Positions 27,840 to 37,799 of a stretch of 64,000 bases of DNA are shown here, in pieces. The notes beneath the pieces are model-generated. The model had not been told where the DNA came from, ran no database searches, and saw only the letters and a list, made by a program, of their open reading frames with translations. The stretch is from a virus. The translations under genes were made by a program, and so were the position numbers. The stretch lies in the IMG/VR virus record IMGVR_UViG_3300028394_000042. The stretch is one strand, 5' to 3'. Each line of letters starts with the position of its first letter. The first letter of the stretch is position 1.

Positions 27840-27877
27840 CTCCTTTGGGGTCTAATCGTTAAACGATTAGCTTCCGT

Positions 27878-29338
27878 TCATGTGACATAATTTTGCAGTA
27901 CACAATGGTTTGTTGTCAACCAATTCTTTCCATATTTTTCGCAAACAACGGCGAGGGCAGCAATCTTATACAACGCGTAATGTTGCGCAAGTGCTGTTTC
28001 TGCATTACTGCTCGCCCGCTTCTCCGATGGAAACTCAACTGATTGAACGTTACGCAATGCAGCCAAATAAGCGCGTTTTTCAACGTTACTCGGCAACACG
28101 CTGTGCGTATAACTCACACGCTCTGCCCACGCTCTAGTGAGCGGCGAAGCAGCGGGTGCAGGTAAATATGCGTTGTGTTCAAGCTGGCTCACAATGTCTG
28201 CATCGTTAGCCAACTTAGAGAAAATGTTAGGCAGCGCATATGCAACAGCGCCTACCAGTTTCTCGTCCGCAGACTTAACTGTCAACGCTAAGAAATCCCG
28301 CAACGGCAGAATTACACCAGCGTCGGCAAGTCCACGTAACACCTCGGCCATTTTAACAGATTGGCACTGCATAACATCAATAGCTGGTTGCACATCTCGC
28401 GATGTTGCAAGCGCTACTTGTGTCCAACTCGGCGCCATGTGTGTAGCTTGCTTCTCTGCCTGTACCAGCTCAGCCAATACTTCCAGTTGCAGTTGTGCAT
28501 ACTTGGATGTAACGCCATCAGTATCAAACCCAATCGGAGCTGTTACGCCAAGCTGCTCAGCCAGCTCTGCGCCTGACAGCGTGACTGCGCCAGCGGCTTT
28601 TTCCAGCCGACCGGACACATAGGCAATACGGTCAGCCGGGCGGAAAACGTGGGAGATATCGAAGAAACTGGGGTTTGGATTATCAGCGTGCAGCACATGC
28701 CCATCTTCAAGCACGCGGCCAATGTTGCGCTTCAATCCGCCAGCTTTACAATGGCCGCCGCTCTCGACTGCATCACAATACTCAGCGCGGGTCTTGGCTG
28801 TGTTGCCGCAAGCAGAGCACTTATCAAACGGAATCTTGCAGGCCATAGAAACGGCGATGTCTCTGTCTTGCGACAGCTTCTCCATTTCTTTGTCTGCAAT
28901 CAGCCCGCCATTACGGTCGGCAGCTTCTTTCGAGCCGTTCAGCGCAACAACAAGTTCGATCCGGCGCATGGGTTCGTGGTAAGCAGACGCCTTTACGATA
29001 CCGAAGCTTTTGGCTTGATCCTTGTTGGCGTGGTCGCGATAGAACCGAGCAAACTTTGTGAACGTCGGGTGATACCGCTGGCAGCATTCGCGCGTGAAAC
29101 CGTCGCCGTTGCGGTTCGGGCCGTAGTCTTCCGTAGCGCCAATAGCGATCATGTGTACGGGAATCTCGTCTTTGGCAAACTTGATGTTTTCAAGCTTGTG
29201 CGCAAACTCCGCGCCGGCCCGTTTGATCAGGTCAGCCTTGTCTGAGCCGAGCAGCCCGCGACTAGATAACTTAATCAACGAAGCAACTGGCTCGCTGAAG
29301 TCTTGCGCGTGCGGCTGGATAACTTTGATCATGCTCAT
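27878..29338 (-). CDS. Prohead maturation protease, 486 aa
   Basis: NRNGDGF, YRDHAN, VSMACKIPFDKCSACGN, FFDISHV..PAD; position upstream of scaffold and MCP. Confidence 0.78.
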   Translation of the reverse strand: MSMIKVIQPHAQDFSEPVASLIKLSSRGLLGSDKADLIKRAGAEFAHKLENIKFAKDEIPVHMIAIGATEDYGPNRNGDGFTRECCQRYHPTFTKFARFYRDHANKDQAKSFGIVKASAYHEPMRRIELVVALNGSKEAADRNGGLIADKEMEKLSQDRDIAVSMACKIPFDKCSACGNTAKTRAEYCDAVESGGHCKAGGLKRNIGRVLEDGHVLHADNPNPSFFDISHVFRPADRIAYVSGRLEKAAGAVTLSGAELAEQLGVTAPIGFDTDGVTSKYAQLQLEVLAELVQAEKQATHMAPSWTQVALATSRDVQPAIDVMQCQSVKMAEVLRGLADAGVILPLRDFLALTVKSADEKLVGAVAYALPNIFSKLANDADIVSQLEHNAYLPAPAASPLTRAWAERVSYTHSVLPSNVEKRAYLAALRNVQSVEFPSEKRASSNAETALAQHYALYKIAALAVVCEKYGKNWLTTNHCVLQNYVT

Positions 29339-29350
29339 GTTGGTACTCGG

Positions 29351-30724
29351 TTAGCTGAGTGCGCGGCCTATTTCTTGCGATTCCAGATTGTTCTTCCGGC
29401 TTTCGGCTTTCAGCTTCTCTAGTTCGACCATCTGTTTCACGTCAAAATCAGCGAATTGCCCAGCCTCCAGCCGCTTGCGCAACAGCGACTGCATTGCCGC
29501 GCCGGAGTCCGTAAAGCTGGGCGCCATCTCTGCAATCTGGTTGTAGGCTGATGCAACTTCGTGCGGGTCATAGCCAGAGATTACAGGGTCGTTCAAAATA
29601 AGGTCGTTCAGCACGCCGCGGGACTTGATTTGCTGCAGTTTCTGCTCGTGATCAGCGTCTGACAGTGACGCGTAGGCTTTTTGGCGCTGTGCTGTTGGCT
29701 CTGTCTTCTTGCTCATATCCGGCGGTAAGTCTGAGCCCTGACCCATAATGCCACCCAGCGTGGCCATCGTGTTGCCAAATGACATACCGGGTGTAGGCGC
29801 CGGCGCAGCAGGGCCGGGTTCTTTAGCGGCTGACTTCAACGTCAGCGGCTCGTTTTGCTGCTCAAACATAATTGAGCCTGTAAGAAACTCTGGCGCTGTT
29901 TTCTTCCAGTTGGCCGCCGCAGTCTTCTCGGGCAGCACGTAACTTTGCGCTAAGTTGTACGCAGCAACGTCTTCCAGCACACCTGCAACAAGTCGCACTG
30001 GCAGCAAATCACCAAAGTGCGATTCTTTTGTCGCGGCTTGCTTTTCAACATGCGGGTAAACAGCGGCTACCTTGCGCAGCACCATCTCGCCGTCATTGCC
30101 AAGGCGCCGGCTAACTTCTCGCACAGCGTCACCGAATGTCATGCTGCCGGGTACGCGGAAATAGCTGCACAGCTTTTCCATGCTGGCGGCTGCTTTTTGA
30201 TACGCCGCGCTAGCCTGTCGGCGCAGTTCTTCTGCCGCGCGCTTGTCAGCCATCTTTTTGCTGTAAACACGCTCTGCCGCAGACTTCTCGTCACGGGGCG
30301 GCGGTGTCCATTGATTCGCGGGCAAGGCAACTGTCGCGGCTGCTTGTTTGGTCAGCGCGCTGTTACGCCGGGCAAGAAAGCCAGTTGGCGACACTGCATA
30401 CTCAGTCGACACGATGGACGACTGTGTAACTTCGCCAGCTGTCTTGACATGCTTGGGGTACAGTGCGTCCATGACAACATTGACGTCGGCTAACTGGAAG
30501 TCAGCGGCTTTTTCCAGCGCGTCTTCACCTTGTTCGCGCTGCTTTGTTGTCCGCCCGGTGTTGTAGGCGTGCACCATGAGATTGATGTGGCCAGCCGGGA
30601 TGTTAGACGCTGTGGCACTCTTGATGATTGCGTCGTTCGGGCTGGAGCCGGCGTTGACAAGCTCAGCCGCTTTTTCAATAGCGGCAATCAGCGTCTGCTC
30701 GGCTTGTTTATTTAGTGGCCGCAT
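29351..30724 (-). CDS. Putative internal head protein rich in K-x-A motifs, 457 aa
   Basis: GGAGG RBS; more than 10 K-x-A motifs. Confidence 0.7.
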   Translation of the reverse strand: MRPLNKQAEQTLIAAIEKAAELVNAGSSPNDAIIKSATASNIPAGHINLMVHAYNTGRTTKQREQGEDALEKAADFQLADVNVVMDALYPKHVKTAGEVTQSSIVSTEYAVSPTGFLARRNSALTKQAAATVALPANQWTPPPRDEKSAAERVYSKKMADKRAAEELRRQASAAYQKAAASMEKLCSYFRVPGSMTFGDAVREVSRRLGNDGEMVLRKVAAVYPHVEKQAATKESHFGDLLPVRLVAGVLEDVAAYNLAQSYVLPEKTAAANWKKTAPEFLTGSIMFEQQNEPLTLKSAAKEPGPAAPAPTPGMSFGNTMATLGGIMGQGSDLPPDMSKKTEPTAQRQKAYASLSDADHEQKLQQIKSRGVLNDLILNDPVISGYDPHEVASAYNQIAEMAPSFTDSGAAMQSLLRKRLEAGQFADFDVKQMVELEKLKAESRKNNLESQEIGRALS

Positions 30725-31655
30725 CGGTAGCCTCCGGGTAACGCAGTTCTTGAATCATTTTTTGATCTTGCACGTCGCCGCCAACAGCAAGGGTCATGAG
30801 TTCGTCATTGCGTAACTCAGCAGCGCCATTATCAAAAGGTAACATTTTTAGGGTCGAAGAATCCAGTTTTGTACCCACGCGGAACGGCAGGGCTGCAAGC
30901 ATAGCCCCGATGTTCTCGACAATTGTGCTGTGTGCTTTACTGGCGTTTGCAGTTGTACGCTCAATTTCGACGTATTTAACAAACGAGTCGATGAGCGGCA
31001 GTTGCGTGTGCGAGTTAACCTGCACGGTCAACGCCGCAAGCGCTGCCTTGTACTTCATTGTATTAACAGCGAAGTCTTGGAAGAAACCAGCCACGGCGTC
31101 AGGCGCCTCTGGCTTAGCGGTAGGCGTAAACTTGCCGATAATGGCGCTTAGCGTGTGCTCGCCACCGTGATAGCCCATAAGCTTCCACAGCAGGTCATAT
31201 TGGCGCTCTGATAGGCCGCGGGTAACAGCGTCGGCAAGGACCACGTTCAAGATGTAGTCCGTATGCGCCATTTTCTCGCGAATGTCAAAGAAGACATGCG
31301 CGAAAGCTGCAACAACGCTTGGCTCTATGCCTAATTTGGCCGCAATGCTCTCGTCTGTTTCGCCAGCCAGAATGCGGGCCTCGATAGCCCAGCGTGTTGG
31401 GGCTTTGTCTTCTATCCAGATTGAGTGGGCCCAGAAAAGATCCCTGTCGCGCTGCAGCAACGCGTAAAGCGCAGCCGGGCGACTGTTAGCCAGATCAAAA
31501 TGGCGCTTGAGCTTGACGGCCCTGCGGATCCACGTAAAGCCCTCTGCGCCGTCTAGCGTGCGCGAAGCCCGTGGCCCGCCCTTGTCGATCTGTAGCGCGC
31601 GCAACCAGCGCCAGTGCGGCGCGCGTTGCGGGCTATCGCGGAAATCATTGAGCAT
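30708..31655 (-). CDS. Hypothetical protein with possible helix-turn-helix, 315 aa
   Basis: ESIAAKLGIEPSVV; overlaps both neighbours. Confidence 0.7.
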   Translation of the reverse strand: MLNDFRDSPQRAPHWRWLRALQIDKGGPRASRTLDGAEGFTWIRRAVKLKRHFDLANSRPAALYALLQRDRDLFWAHSIWIEDKAPTRWAIEARILAGETDESIAAKLGIEPSVVAAFAHVFFDIREKMAHTDYILNVVLADAVTRGLSERQYDLLWKLMGYHGGEHTLSAIIGKFTPTAKPEAPDAVAGFFQDFAVNTMKYKAALAALTVQVNSHTQLPLIDSFVKYVEIERTTANASKAHSTIVENIGAMLAALPFRVGTKLDSSTLKMLPFDNGAAELRNDELMTLAVGGDVQDQKMIQELRYPEATDAATK

Positions 31656-32053
31656 TAGCGCAGCGTCGGGGTGTCAACGGTTACAGACAACACGAAGTTC
31701 TTGGCCCCAGACCCCGCTGGCGTGATCTTCAGATAAAGATATCTTTGCGGGTTTGTGGGCGTTCCGTCACGATTGAGATAAGACAGTGACAGGTCATTGT
31801 TTTCAGAAACAGCCACATTGTTAGCGGCCGTAAACGTAGCAAGGTGGAACACGCTGGCGGGCAGGGTGCTATTTGGCTCGGTGTCCTGCTTGCTGGTATA
31901 CAAGTCGGCCGTAAACCCGGCGTTTGTGCCGGAAGCCTGCGCCAAGGTAGCCCGCTTCAGGATACCGCGATGCGGCATCGGGATAGCGACGACAGTGGCA
32001 GTAGCGCTTGTAGCCGTAAACGTCTTTTCGCCGGACCAAACTGTACTGGGCAT
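31655..32053 (-). CDS. Small beta-rich putative virion protein, 132 aa
   Basis: T/A-rich; C-terminal RYLYLKIT. Confidence 0.7.
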   Translation of the reverse strand: MPSTVWSGEKTFTATSATATVVAIPMPHRGILKRATLAQASGTNAGFTADLYTSKQDTEPNSTLPASVFHLATFTAANNVAVSENNDLSLSYLNRDGTPTNPQRYLYLKITPAGSGAKNFVLSVTVDTPTLR

Positions 32054-32064
32054 GTTTCCACCTG

Positions 32065-34446
32065 TTACGAGTTAGCGACAGAGCTGAGATCGACGTCCTG
32101 CGCGGCTTCTTCTGGGTACGCCTCAATCGTCTTCTGCTTCAAGAACAGAATCACGTCGCCCAGCATTTCAAAAGCATTGCGCAGCGAATCTTCCAGCTCC
32201 GGCATGTCAGACTTGCCGTACCGCTCAGCGAACCGGTCGCCGTGCCAGTAAAACATGAATAAGATACGGCCGAGCTTGTCGAGGCCCTTGGTCAGATCGC
32301 CCATGTAACGATCAACCATACCGTCATCGCGGACAGCCTTGAGCATGCTGCCGATCATTGCCGTGTCGAACACCTCGCGCTGACCGCTTTGGGCTGCGTC
32401 TGTGATCGACCGGATGTCTTTCTTGTCCAGCAGCGTGTTGGGGTTGTAAATACTGCGGTCTGTGTTGCTGGCGCTCATACTCGACACGGGCACGCCCACG
32501 TCGATACCCAGCTGGGTTGGCACACTTGTCCCCATGATGGTTTCGCCGCCCATCACCGGACCCGGGTCGGTCGGGGCGTTAGGCGCGCTGTTAATCATCA
32601 TTGGCCCGCCGTACGGGTCGGCGTACTTGATGCGACCGCTGTATTTGCGCTTCGCGGCAGCCTGCTTCAGAATGTCGCGAGCGGCCGTTTCACGCAGACC
32701 GTGAGTCTGCACCAGCGATACAAGGCCGCTCATGGGGCCCATGCGCTCGCCGTTGATCTCCACCGTCGTGCCGTTGTGGTACACAGTCAGCGCCGCCGTC
32801 TTGTTCAGCAGCGACAGCTGTGCGTCAGCCAGATTGCCCGGCATCAGCGGCGAATTTTTGCTTTCGCCGCAACCACACGCATTTTGACCGGCTTCTTCGG
32901 CGTCAGCTACGTCATCTTCGCCGGGGGAGCACTTTAACGACTTGAAACCCTCTGGCACGAAGATATCGCCCATGCTCGACCGCAGCTTGGAGCCCTTGCT
33001 GGAGCCGAGATGGATACGCACACCGTCGCGATACTTGTCGTAGTTCAGCTGATCCGTGTAGCAGCAGCCGCTAATGTGGCCGCGGGGTGGATGCTTGCTG
33101 TGGTCTTCCAGATGGACTTCGTATGATGTCGTCCCGTATTGGCTTTCGCCGTACTCACGAATCATGCGCACAGGCACAGTGGCGTCACCGCTCTTGTTCA
33201 AGAGCATAACGCGGCCCCTACCAGACGGCAGGCTTGTGGCTTCGGGCAGCGCGTCGAACCACTCGTCAAACTCTTCACCTTCAATGCGCGACAGCGCAAA
33301 AACTTGGTCAGCCCGCGTGTTAATCCAGTCTGGCGTGCCTTCAACGCGCACAACCGTAATGAAGTCAGCGCGCTTGGCAGCACCTTGTGGATGCACAGCA
33401 ACGTAACAGCGCTCGACGTTACCCGGCTTGACAAGGATCTCGTACAGGCCAGACGACGATGGCGTGAACAGCTTCTTCTCAACTTGAATGTCGTACGGCA
33501 CCGAAACGTTGTCGCGGTCCCGCTCGTCCTTGATCAGCACGCCGTCCCGCAGCAGTTTCTCTTGATCGTCTTCACTGTAACCGGCAGGTAGCTTAGTTTG
33601 GATCGTCAGATCAAACGTAATAATCTTCAGCCCCTTTGCAGACGCTGGCTCGGCTGGCGCCTCAGACAACACGCTGGCCACTTTTACCTGACTCTCGCGA
33701 GCCTTGGCCAGTGCAACAGCTTCCTTAATGATATCTAAACCGTGAAACTCCGAGATAGCTTCGGCCACAGCTGGCGCATACTGGCATGTTTTGACCAGCA
33801 TGTTCAGCGTTTCAAGCCGGGCTTCTTTCAGAAACTTCTTCAGGTCCATCAGCTGACCAATTTCAGCAAAGACGGCATTTGTGTTCTGCGTAGCGGTCTT
33901 GGCAAATGGCGCCATGACAGCAGTGATCATCTCTTTGAGCGTCGGCTGTGCGGAGCCGAACTTAGCCGGGCTGCGCGAAAGCTGCGTAAAATCAGGGTTA
34001 CGCTGGCCAAACTGCGAAAGATTCTTGTCGATGCCGCTGCCGAGAATATTGGGCTTGCGGTTCAGCAGGTAGTTAATCCAGTTCTCTTTCAACGGCACGA
34101 AAACATCCTGATTCTTGATGTACAGGAGTTCGTGGCCCTTGAGATCGCCGTTCAGAAAGAACACAGGCGCGTACAGCCACTGCGAACCAAGCTTGAACGC
34201 AAACACACCAATAGCCTTGGTGTTTTCGCGGTTCCGGTCGAGCAGCTGAAAACCGATTTCGTGCTCAAGGAGCTTGGGCGCCGAGTCGCGGAGATAAGCG
34301 TGCGCCAGATTGCTGAACGACTGCTCAAATGAGGTGTCGTCGCCCCGGCCGCCGATGTCAGCTTGTTTTGTCTGGCTTCGGTCATGCGACCGAACGACTT
34401 TCAGCCAATGCTGCCACGACGCTTCTTTGCTTTTCTTGTTGTACAC
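32065..34446 (-). CDS. Large putative head/virion protein, about 793 aa
   Basis: Start moved to GTG 34446 (GGAGG); multiple K-x-A motifs. Confidence 0.7.
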   Translation of the reverse strand: MYNKKSKEASWQHWLKVVRSHDRSQTKQADIGGRGDDTSFEQSFSNLAHAYLRDSAPKLLEHEIGFQLLDRNRENTKAIGVFAFKLGSQWLYAPVFFLNGDLKGHELLYIKNQDVFVPLKENWINYLLNRKPNILGSGIDKNLSQFGQRNPDFTQLSRSPAKFGSAQPTLKEMITAVMAPFAKTATQNTNAVFAEIGQLMDLKKFLKEARLETLNMLVKTCQYAPAVAEAISEFHGLDIIKEAVALAKARESQVKVASVLSEAPAEPASAKGLKIITFDLTIQTKLPAGYSEDDQEKLLRDGVLIKDERDRDNVSVPYDIQVEKKLFTPSSSGLYEILVKPGNVERCYVAVHPQGAAKRADFITVVRVEGTPDWINTRADQVFALSRIEGEEFDEWFDALPEATSLPSGRGRVMLLNKSGDATVPVRMIREYGESQYGTTSYEVHLEDHSKHPPRGHISGCCYTDQLNYDKYRDGVRIHLGSSKGSKLRSSMGDIFVPEGFKSLKCSPGEDDVADAEEAGQNACGCGESKNSPLMPGNLADAQLSLLNKTAALTVYHNGTTVEINGERMGPMSGLVSLVQTHGLRETAARDILKQAAAKRKYSGRIKYADPYGGPMMINSAPNAPTDPGPVMGGETIMGTSVPTQLGIDVGVPVSSMSASNTDRSIYNPNTLLDKKDIRSITDAAQSGQREVFDTAMIGSMLKAVRDDGMVDRYMGDLTKGLDKLGRILFMFYWHGDRFAERYGKSDMPELEDSLRNAFEMLGDVILFLKQKTIEAYPEEAAQDVDLSSVANS

Positions 34447-34516
34447 GGCCACCTCCATGCGGCACTGCAGACAATCGGACACTGCTAATAATTTACAGTG
34501 TTTCAGCCCCTATATC

Positions 34517-37500
34517 CTACTGTAATGGTTTAGGCGCTTCCAGCGGCTTCCAGCCACTCGTTGTGCCAGTTACGCCAAACTGCTCGCCGTGAGCCAGCGC
34601 TGGGACATAGCTACTACCGGCCGAGTCGCTGCTCAGCCCGCGGTGCACGCTATTCAACAGGCCGCGCTCCTGATAAGAACCGAGCATTCGCGTCATCCAG
34701 TCAGGATCGTTCGAGATATTCGACATGCCGCGCACCATCTCTGGCTCAAACGGCGGCGGAGCTTTATGCGCTTGAATACTGTTAATGCCGTACTTGTTCA
34801 AATTTGTGACGACATTTTTACCAATCTTTGTGCCGATTGAATAGTGCAATACTGGCTGCTCAAGATAATGGCCAGTTAACTCACTCGGTCGGCCGGCGAC
34901 AGCGCCAGTTCTAGGCGTCCAGCCGCGCTCCAAAACAGAGTACGGAACAATGTCGTCGGGCGAATATTCACCCTGCTCGTCTGTCATGCGCACGTGGTTA
35001 ACCAGCCCGCGCGAAAGAAGCTCGATGTTTCGCCGGTGCGCTGGAATACCACTGTTTTGCATAACTTGCCGCATGGCTTGCACAAAGTACCGCCGGCCTT
35101 CACCAATGCCCTTGTGCTTAACGACTTCAGACGGGTTTGGCATGCCGTCAGACAACGAGTCGCCGGCCTCAAGTGTGTCGCCGCGCTTTACAATCACCTC
35201 GCGCTCAGTCGGCACGTAGTGATCCTGCCCGTTGATCTGGACATAATGCCCGCCCTGTGGCGCTGGCCGAATACCCTGAACTTGGCCGTCTGTTTGAGCG
35301 TGCGTTGCGCCGCTTGGATACTTTTTCGGCACCTGCACTAGCGCGTTTAGCGCCTTGAAACCAGAAATAGCGCCAGCGCCGCCCACGCCGCCAGAGTGCT
35401 TTGATGAAATCTGCGACTGCGTGACCGGCTCAGAATTAGAGACAACAAGCCCGTTTTCCAGTAAAAACAAATGATCCGAATGCGCAATGTATATGTCGTA
35501 TGTCGGCCTGACGCCCGCGTCTTCTTCACGAACAAACCGCGCCCGTGTTGAGTCGTTTGTCTTTTTTGCCTCTACAACAATCTGCATTAGTTTTTCGTGT
35601 TTTACGCCGGGAATATAAAAATCTGCCAGTTTTTGTACCATGTCCCCGGCGTTGATTGTGAACACATACATGGGTCGAGCATTGTCGGCCTTCTTTTGCG
35701 ACAGGCGCACAGCAGATCCGTAAATACCAAAACGCACCGCAAGAAGCTCTTTAATCCCAACAATTAATTCGCGGCTTGTGGCTCCAAACCCAATGCCATT
35801 GCTGTGTTCGTTTTTAATCACGTAGCCATCAGTGGCAAGAATTCCAGCAATATATGCACGTATTGACGCGTTTGACCACGACCATATTGTGCGCGGCAAC
35901 TGTTTTTCGTAGGAATGACAACCCCATAAACCCTCGCCGCTCAGCCAATGCTTGAGCCGATTACGGTACTGCTTATTGTCAGTTTCTTTCATGTACACAG
36001 AATCTTCATCACGAATTCGATATTCGGGGTGCGCGCCTGTCAAACTAAAACCCAGCGGACGCAATAACGCCGGTAAGTCATCGGCTAGCTCTTTGTCATA
36101 ACACGTAAATCGCACAGCGTTCTCAGTTGTCAGGCAGCCGTCGCCAGTCAGGATACCGGCCAATAACGCGTACGGCTCTTCGCGCGTATCTGTGTCATCA
36201 AAACTTGTCGCGAGCTTAGCGCAAATATAGTCATGCGCGTTTGGCGGTTGAAAACCAAGCGGGCGCGTAGCTATGGCGTCAAAGTACGCCAGCCGGTTAG
36301 CGGCAGCTTTGTTAGTGCGAACAACAACTTCAGTCAGAATTTTGTGCTCACGCGTGCCGATAACTGACAGGTAGTCTTCGTCGTTTACGGCGCCTGTGCC
36401 GCGGCGATACAGCACACGTACGCACGATTTATCGCCGCTGTACTGCTGCGCCAGCACAGGTACCGGGCAGACAACGCCAGAAATTGAGCACCCCAGCACA
36501 ATGTCACCCGCAACGATGTCCTCAATCTTTTTCACAGACCCGTCAGCCATGCGTACGCGCGTGCCTGCGGCTAAACAGAGCGCCTGCGCGGCGGCGATTC
36601 CGACGTAGTCGCCAATCGGCGGGAGCCGGCCTTTTTCGCGGTAGCCGACGTCTTTGGCGTAAACGCCGCCGTCTTCAGGACCGCCAGTAATAGGGCTGCG
36701 GACTAAGATATCTTTAACGCCCGACTGCCGTAAGTCCTGCAGGATTTTGCCCGTAAGCCGCGTGTTGCGCTTGTAGCCGCCAGCCGCGCGCGACAGAAAC
36801 GCACCTTCGTTGTCCGGGTCGTCTACTTCGGTCGGCATGCCGCGCTCTTCGGCCGTCCGTAAACGCTCGGGATCGTCCTCGTCGTCATGCGTAACAAGTA
36901 GCCTGTGCGCCATTTGCGTAAGCTGCTTGCCGTAAAACCCGGCGTCAGCCGTGGCGGTCTTGAGGTCGATAACGCCTTTGCGCGTACCGAACGCGCCGGC
37001 AAAATACTCGACCGGCGTCAAACCAGCACCGTAACCGCGCAACACGGGAATTGGAATTGGCTCGCCGCGGTGGTCTAGGTACTGCATGTCAGCGCCAATC
37101 AACGAGTTCAGCTGGAACTTATTGCCGACGCCACTGCCGAGAATCTGATGGGCTAACGGGTTATCCTGCCCCTGCGCCTCGGTAAATACTTTCTCGACCA
37201 GATCGCGCTGCGCGTTTGACGCAAGTTCGAGCAACTTGAGGTTCTTCTGCTTTTCGGTCGACTGCCGGTCGCTCAAAATCTCGTGCATCGCCGCGTGCGT
37301 CTTTATCTGCGCGTTACGTGCCGCCAGTGTTGGCCGAATGTCGTTCAAACCAAAAGACAACCCGTTTGTAGAGTAACCAGCGTCCCGGCCCACGTCGTGC
37401 AGCGCCTTCATCACCTTTTTGTATTTGTCAGGGTGCTGTTCGGCTAGTTGAGTGGCCAACGTGCCCATCGTTTTCTTTGTCAGCACGCGCTCGTAGTCAC

Positions 37501-37558
37501 GCATTTCAGGCGGCAAAGCTTCGTTGATCAGAACTTGACCAAGCGTAGTTTTCAGCAT
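34517..37558 (-). CDS. rpoC: RNA polymerase beta' subunit, C-terminal half, with intein
   Basis: TTLGQ; GLTPVEYF...GTRKG.ID...TADAG (bridge helix); VGIAAAQAL|SEPVTQ..SKHSGG (trigger loop); RRNIELL. Probable start ATG 37558. Confidence 0.92.
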   Translation of the reverse strand: MLKTTLGQVLINEALPPEMRDYERVLTKKTMGTLATQLAEQHPDKYKKVMKALHDVGRDAGYSTNGLSFGLNDIRPTLAARNAQIKTHAAMHEILSDRQSTEKQKNLKLLELASNAQRDLVEKVFTEAQGQDNPLAHQILGSGVGNKFQLNSLIGADMQYLDHRGEPIPIPVLRGYGAGLTPVEYFAGAFGTRKGVIDLKTATADAGFYGKQLTQMAHRLLVTHDDEDDPERLRTAEERGMPTEVDDPDNEGAFLSRAAGGYKRNTRLTGKILQDLRQSGVKDILVRSPITGGPEDGGVYAKDVGYREKGRLPPIGDYVGIAAAQALCLAAGTRVRMADGSVKKIEDIVAGDIVLGCSISGVVCPVPVLAQQYSGDKSCVRVLYRRGTGAVNDEDYLSVIGTREHKILTEVVVRTNKAAANRLAYFDAIATRPLGFQPPNAHDYICAKLATSFDDTDTREEPYALLAGILTGDGCLTTENAVRFTCYDKELADDLPALLRPLGFSLTGAHPEYRIRDEDSVYMKETDNKQYRNRLKHWLSGEGLWGCHSYEKQLPRTIWSWSNASIRAYIAGILATDGYVIKNEHSNGIGFGATSRELIVGIKELLAVRFGIYGSAVRLSQKKADNARPMYVFTINAGDMVQKLADFYIPGVKHEKLMQIVVEAKKTNDSTRARFVREEDAGVRPTYDIYIAHSDHLFLLENGLVVSNSEPVTQSQISSKHSGGVGGAGAISGFKALNALVQVPKKYPSGATHAQTDGQVQGIRPAPQGGHYVQINGQDHYVPTEREVIVKRGDTLEAGDSLSDGMPNPSEVVKHKGIGEGRRYFVQAMRQVMQNSGIPAHRRNIELLSRGLVNHVRMTDEQGEYSPDDIVPYSVLERGWTPRTGAVAGRPSELTGHYLEQPVLHYSIGTKIGKNVVTNLNKYGINSIQAHKAPPPFEPEMVRGMSNISNDPDWMTRMLGSYQERGLLNSVHRGLSSDSAGSSYVPALAHGEQFGVTGTTSGWKPLEAPKPLQ
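35435..36577 (-). mobile_element. Intein with LAGLIDADG homing endonuclease, 381 aa
   Basis: Starts CLAAGTRVRMADG; block B GTREHKIL; LAGILTGDG and IAGILATDG; ends TYDI...HLFLLENGLVVSN, followed by Ser(+1). Confidence 0.95.
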
Positions 37559-37559
37559 G

Positions 37560-37799
37560 TTAAGGCGTCCAAACAAGATTCTGAATTGGTTTTGGCTTGA
37601 AGTCTGTAACTACAACTGTCTTATCAACGCCTAACGCGCGTAACACGTTATGGAAATCTTTTTCGCCCGGCGTTGAGTACACAATAGCTTCGTCAACTTG
37701 AATAGCCACAAAGATCGGATTGCCCATGTCATCTTCGACAATGATGCTGTGGGCCTTCTGTTCGACTGGCTGCAAGTGATGCTGCGTCTTAACTAGCAT
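37560..37799 (-). CDS. Small hypothetical protein between the RNAP genes, 79 aa
   Basis: Tightly coupled to both neighbours. Confidence 0.7.
   Translation of the reverse strand: MLVKTQHHLQPVEQKAHSIIVEDDMGNPIFVAIQVDEAIVYSTPGEKDFHNVLRALGVDKTVVVTDFKPKPIQNLVWTP

Noticed and set aside
30708-34446. Portal or terminase assignment
   Set aside because: No Walker A/B, nuclease or portal pattern recognised; these genes probably lie outside the window.
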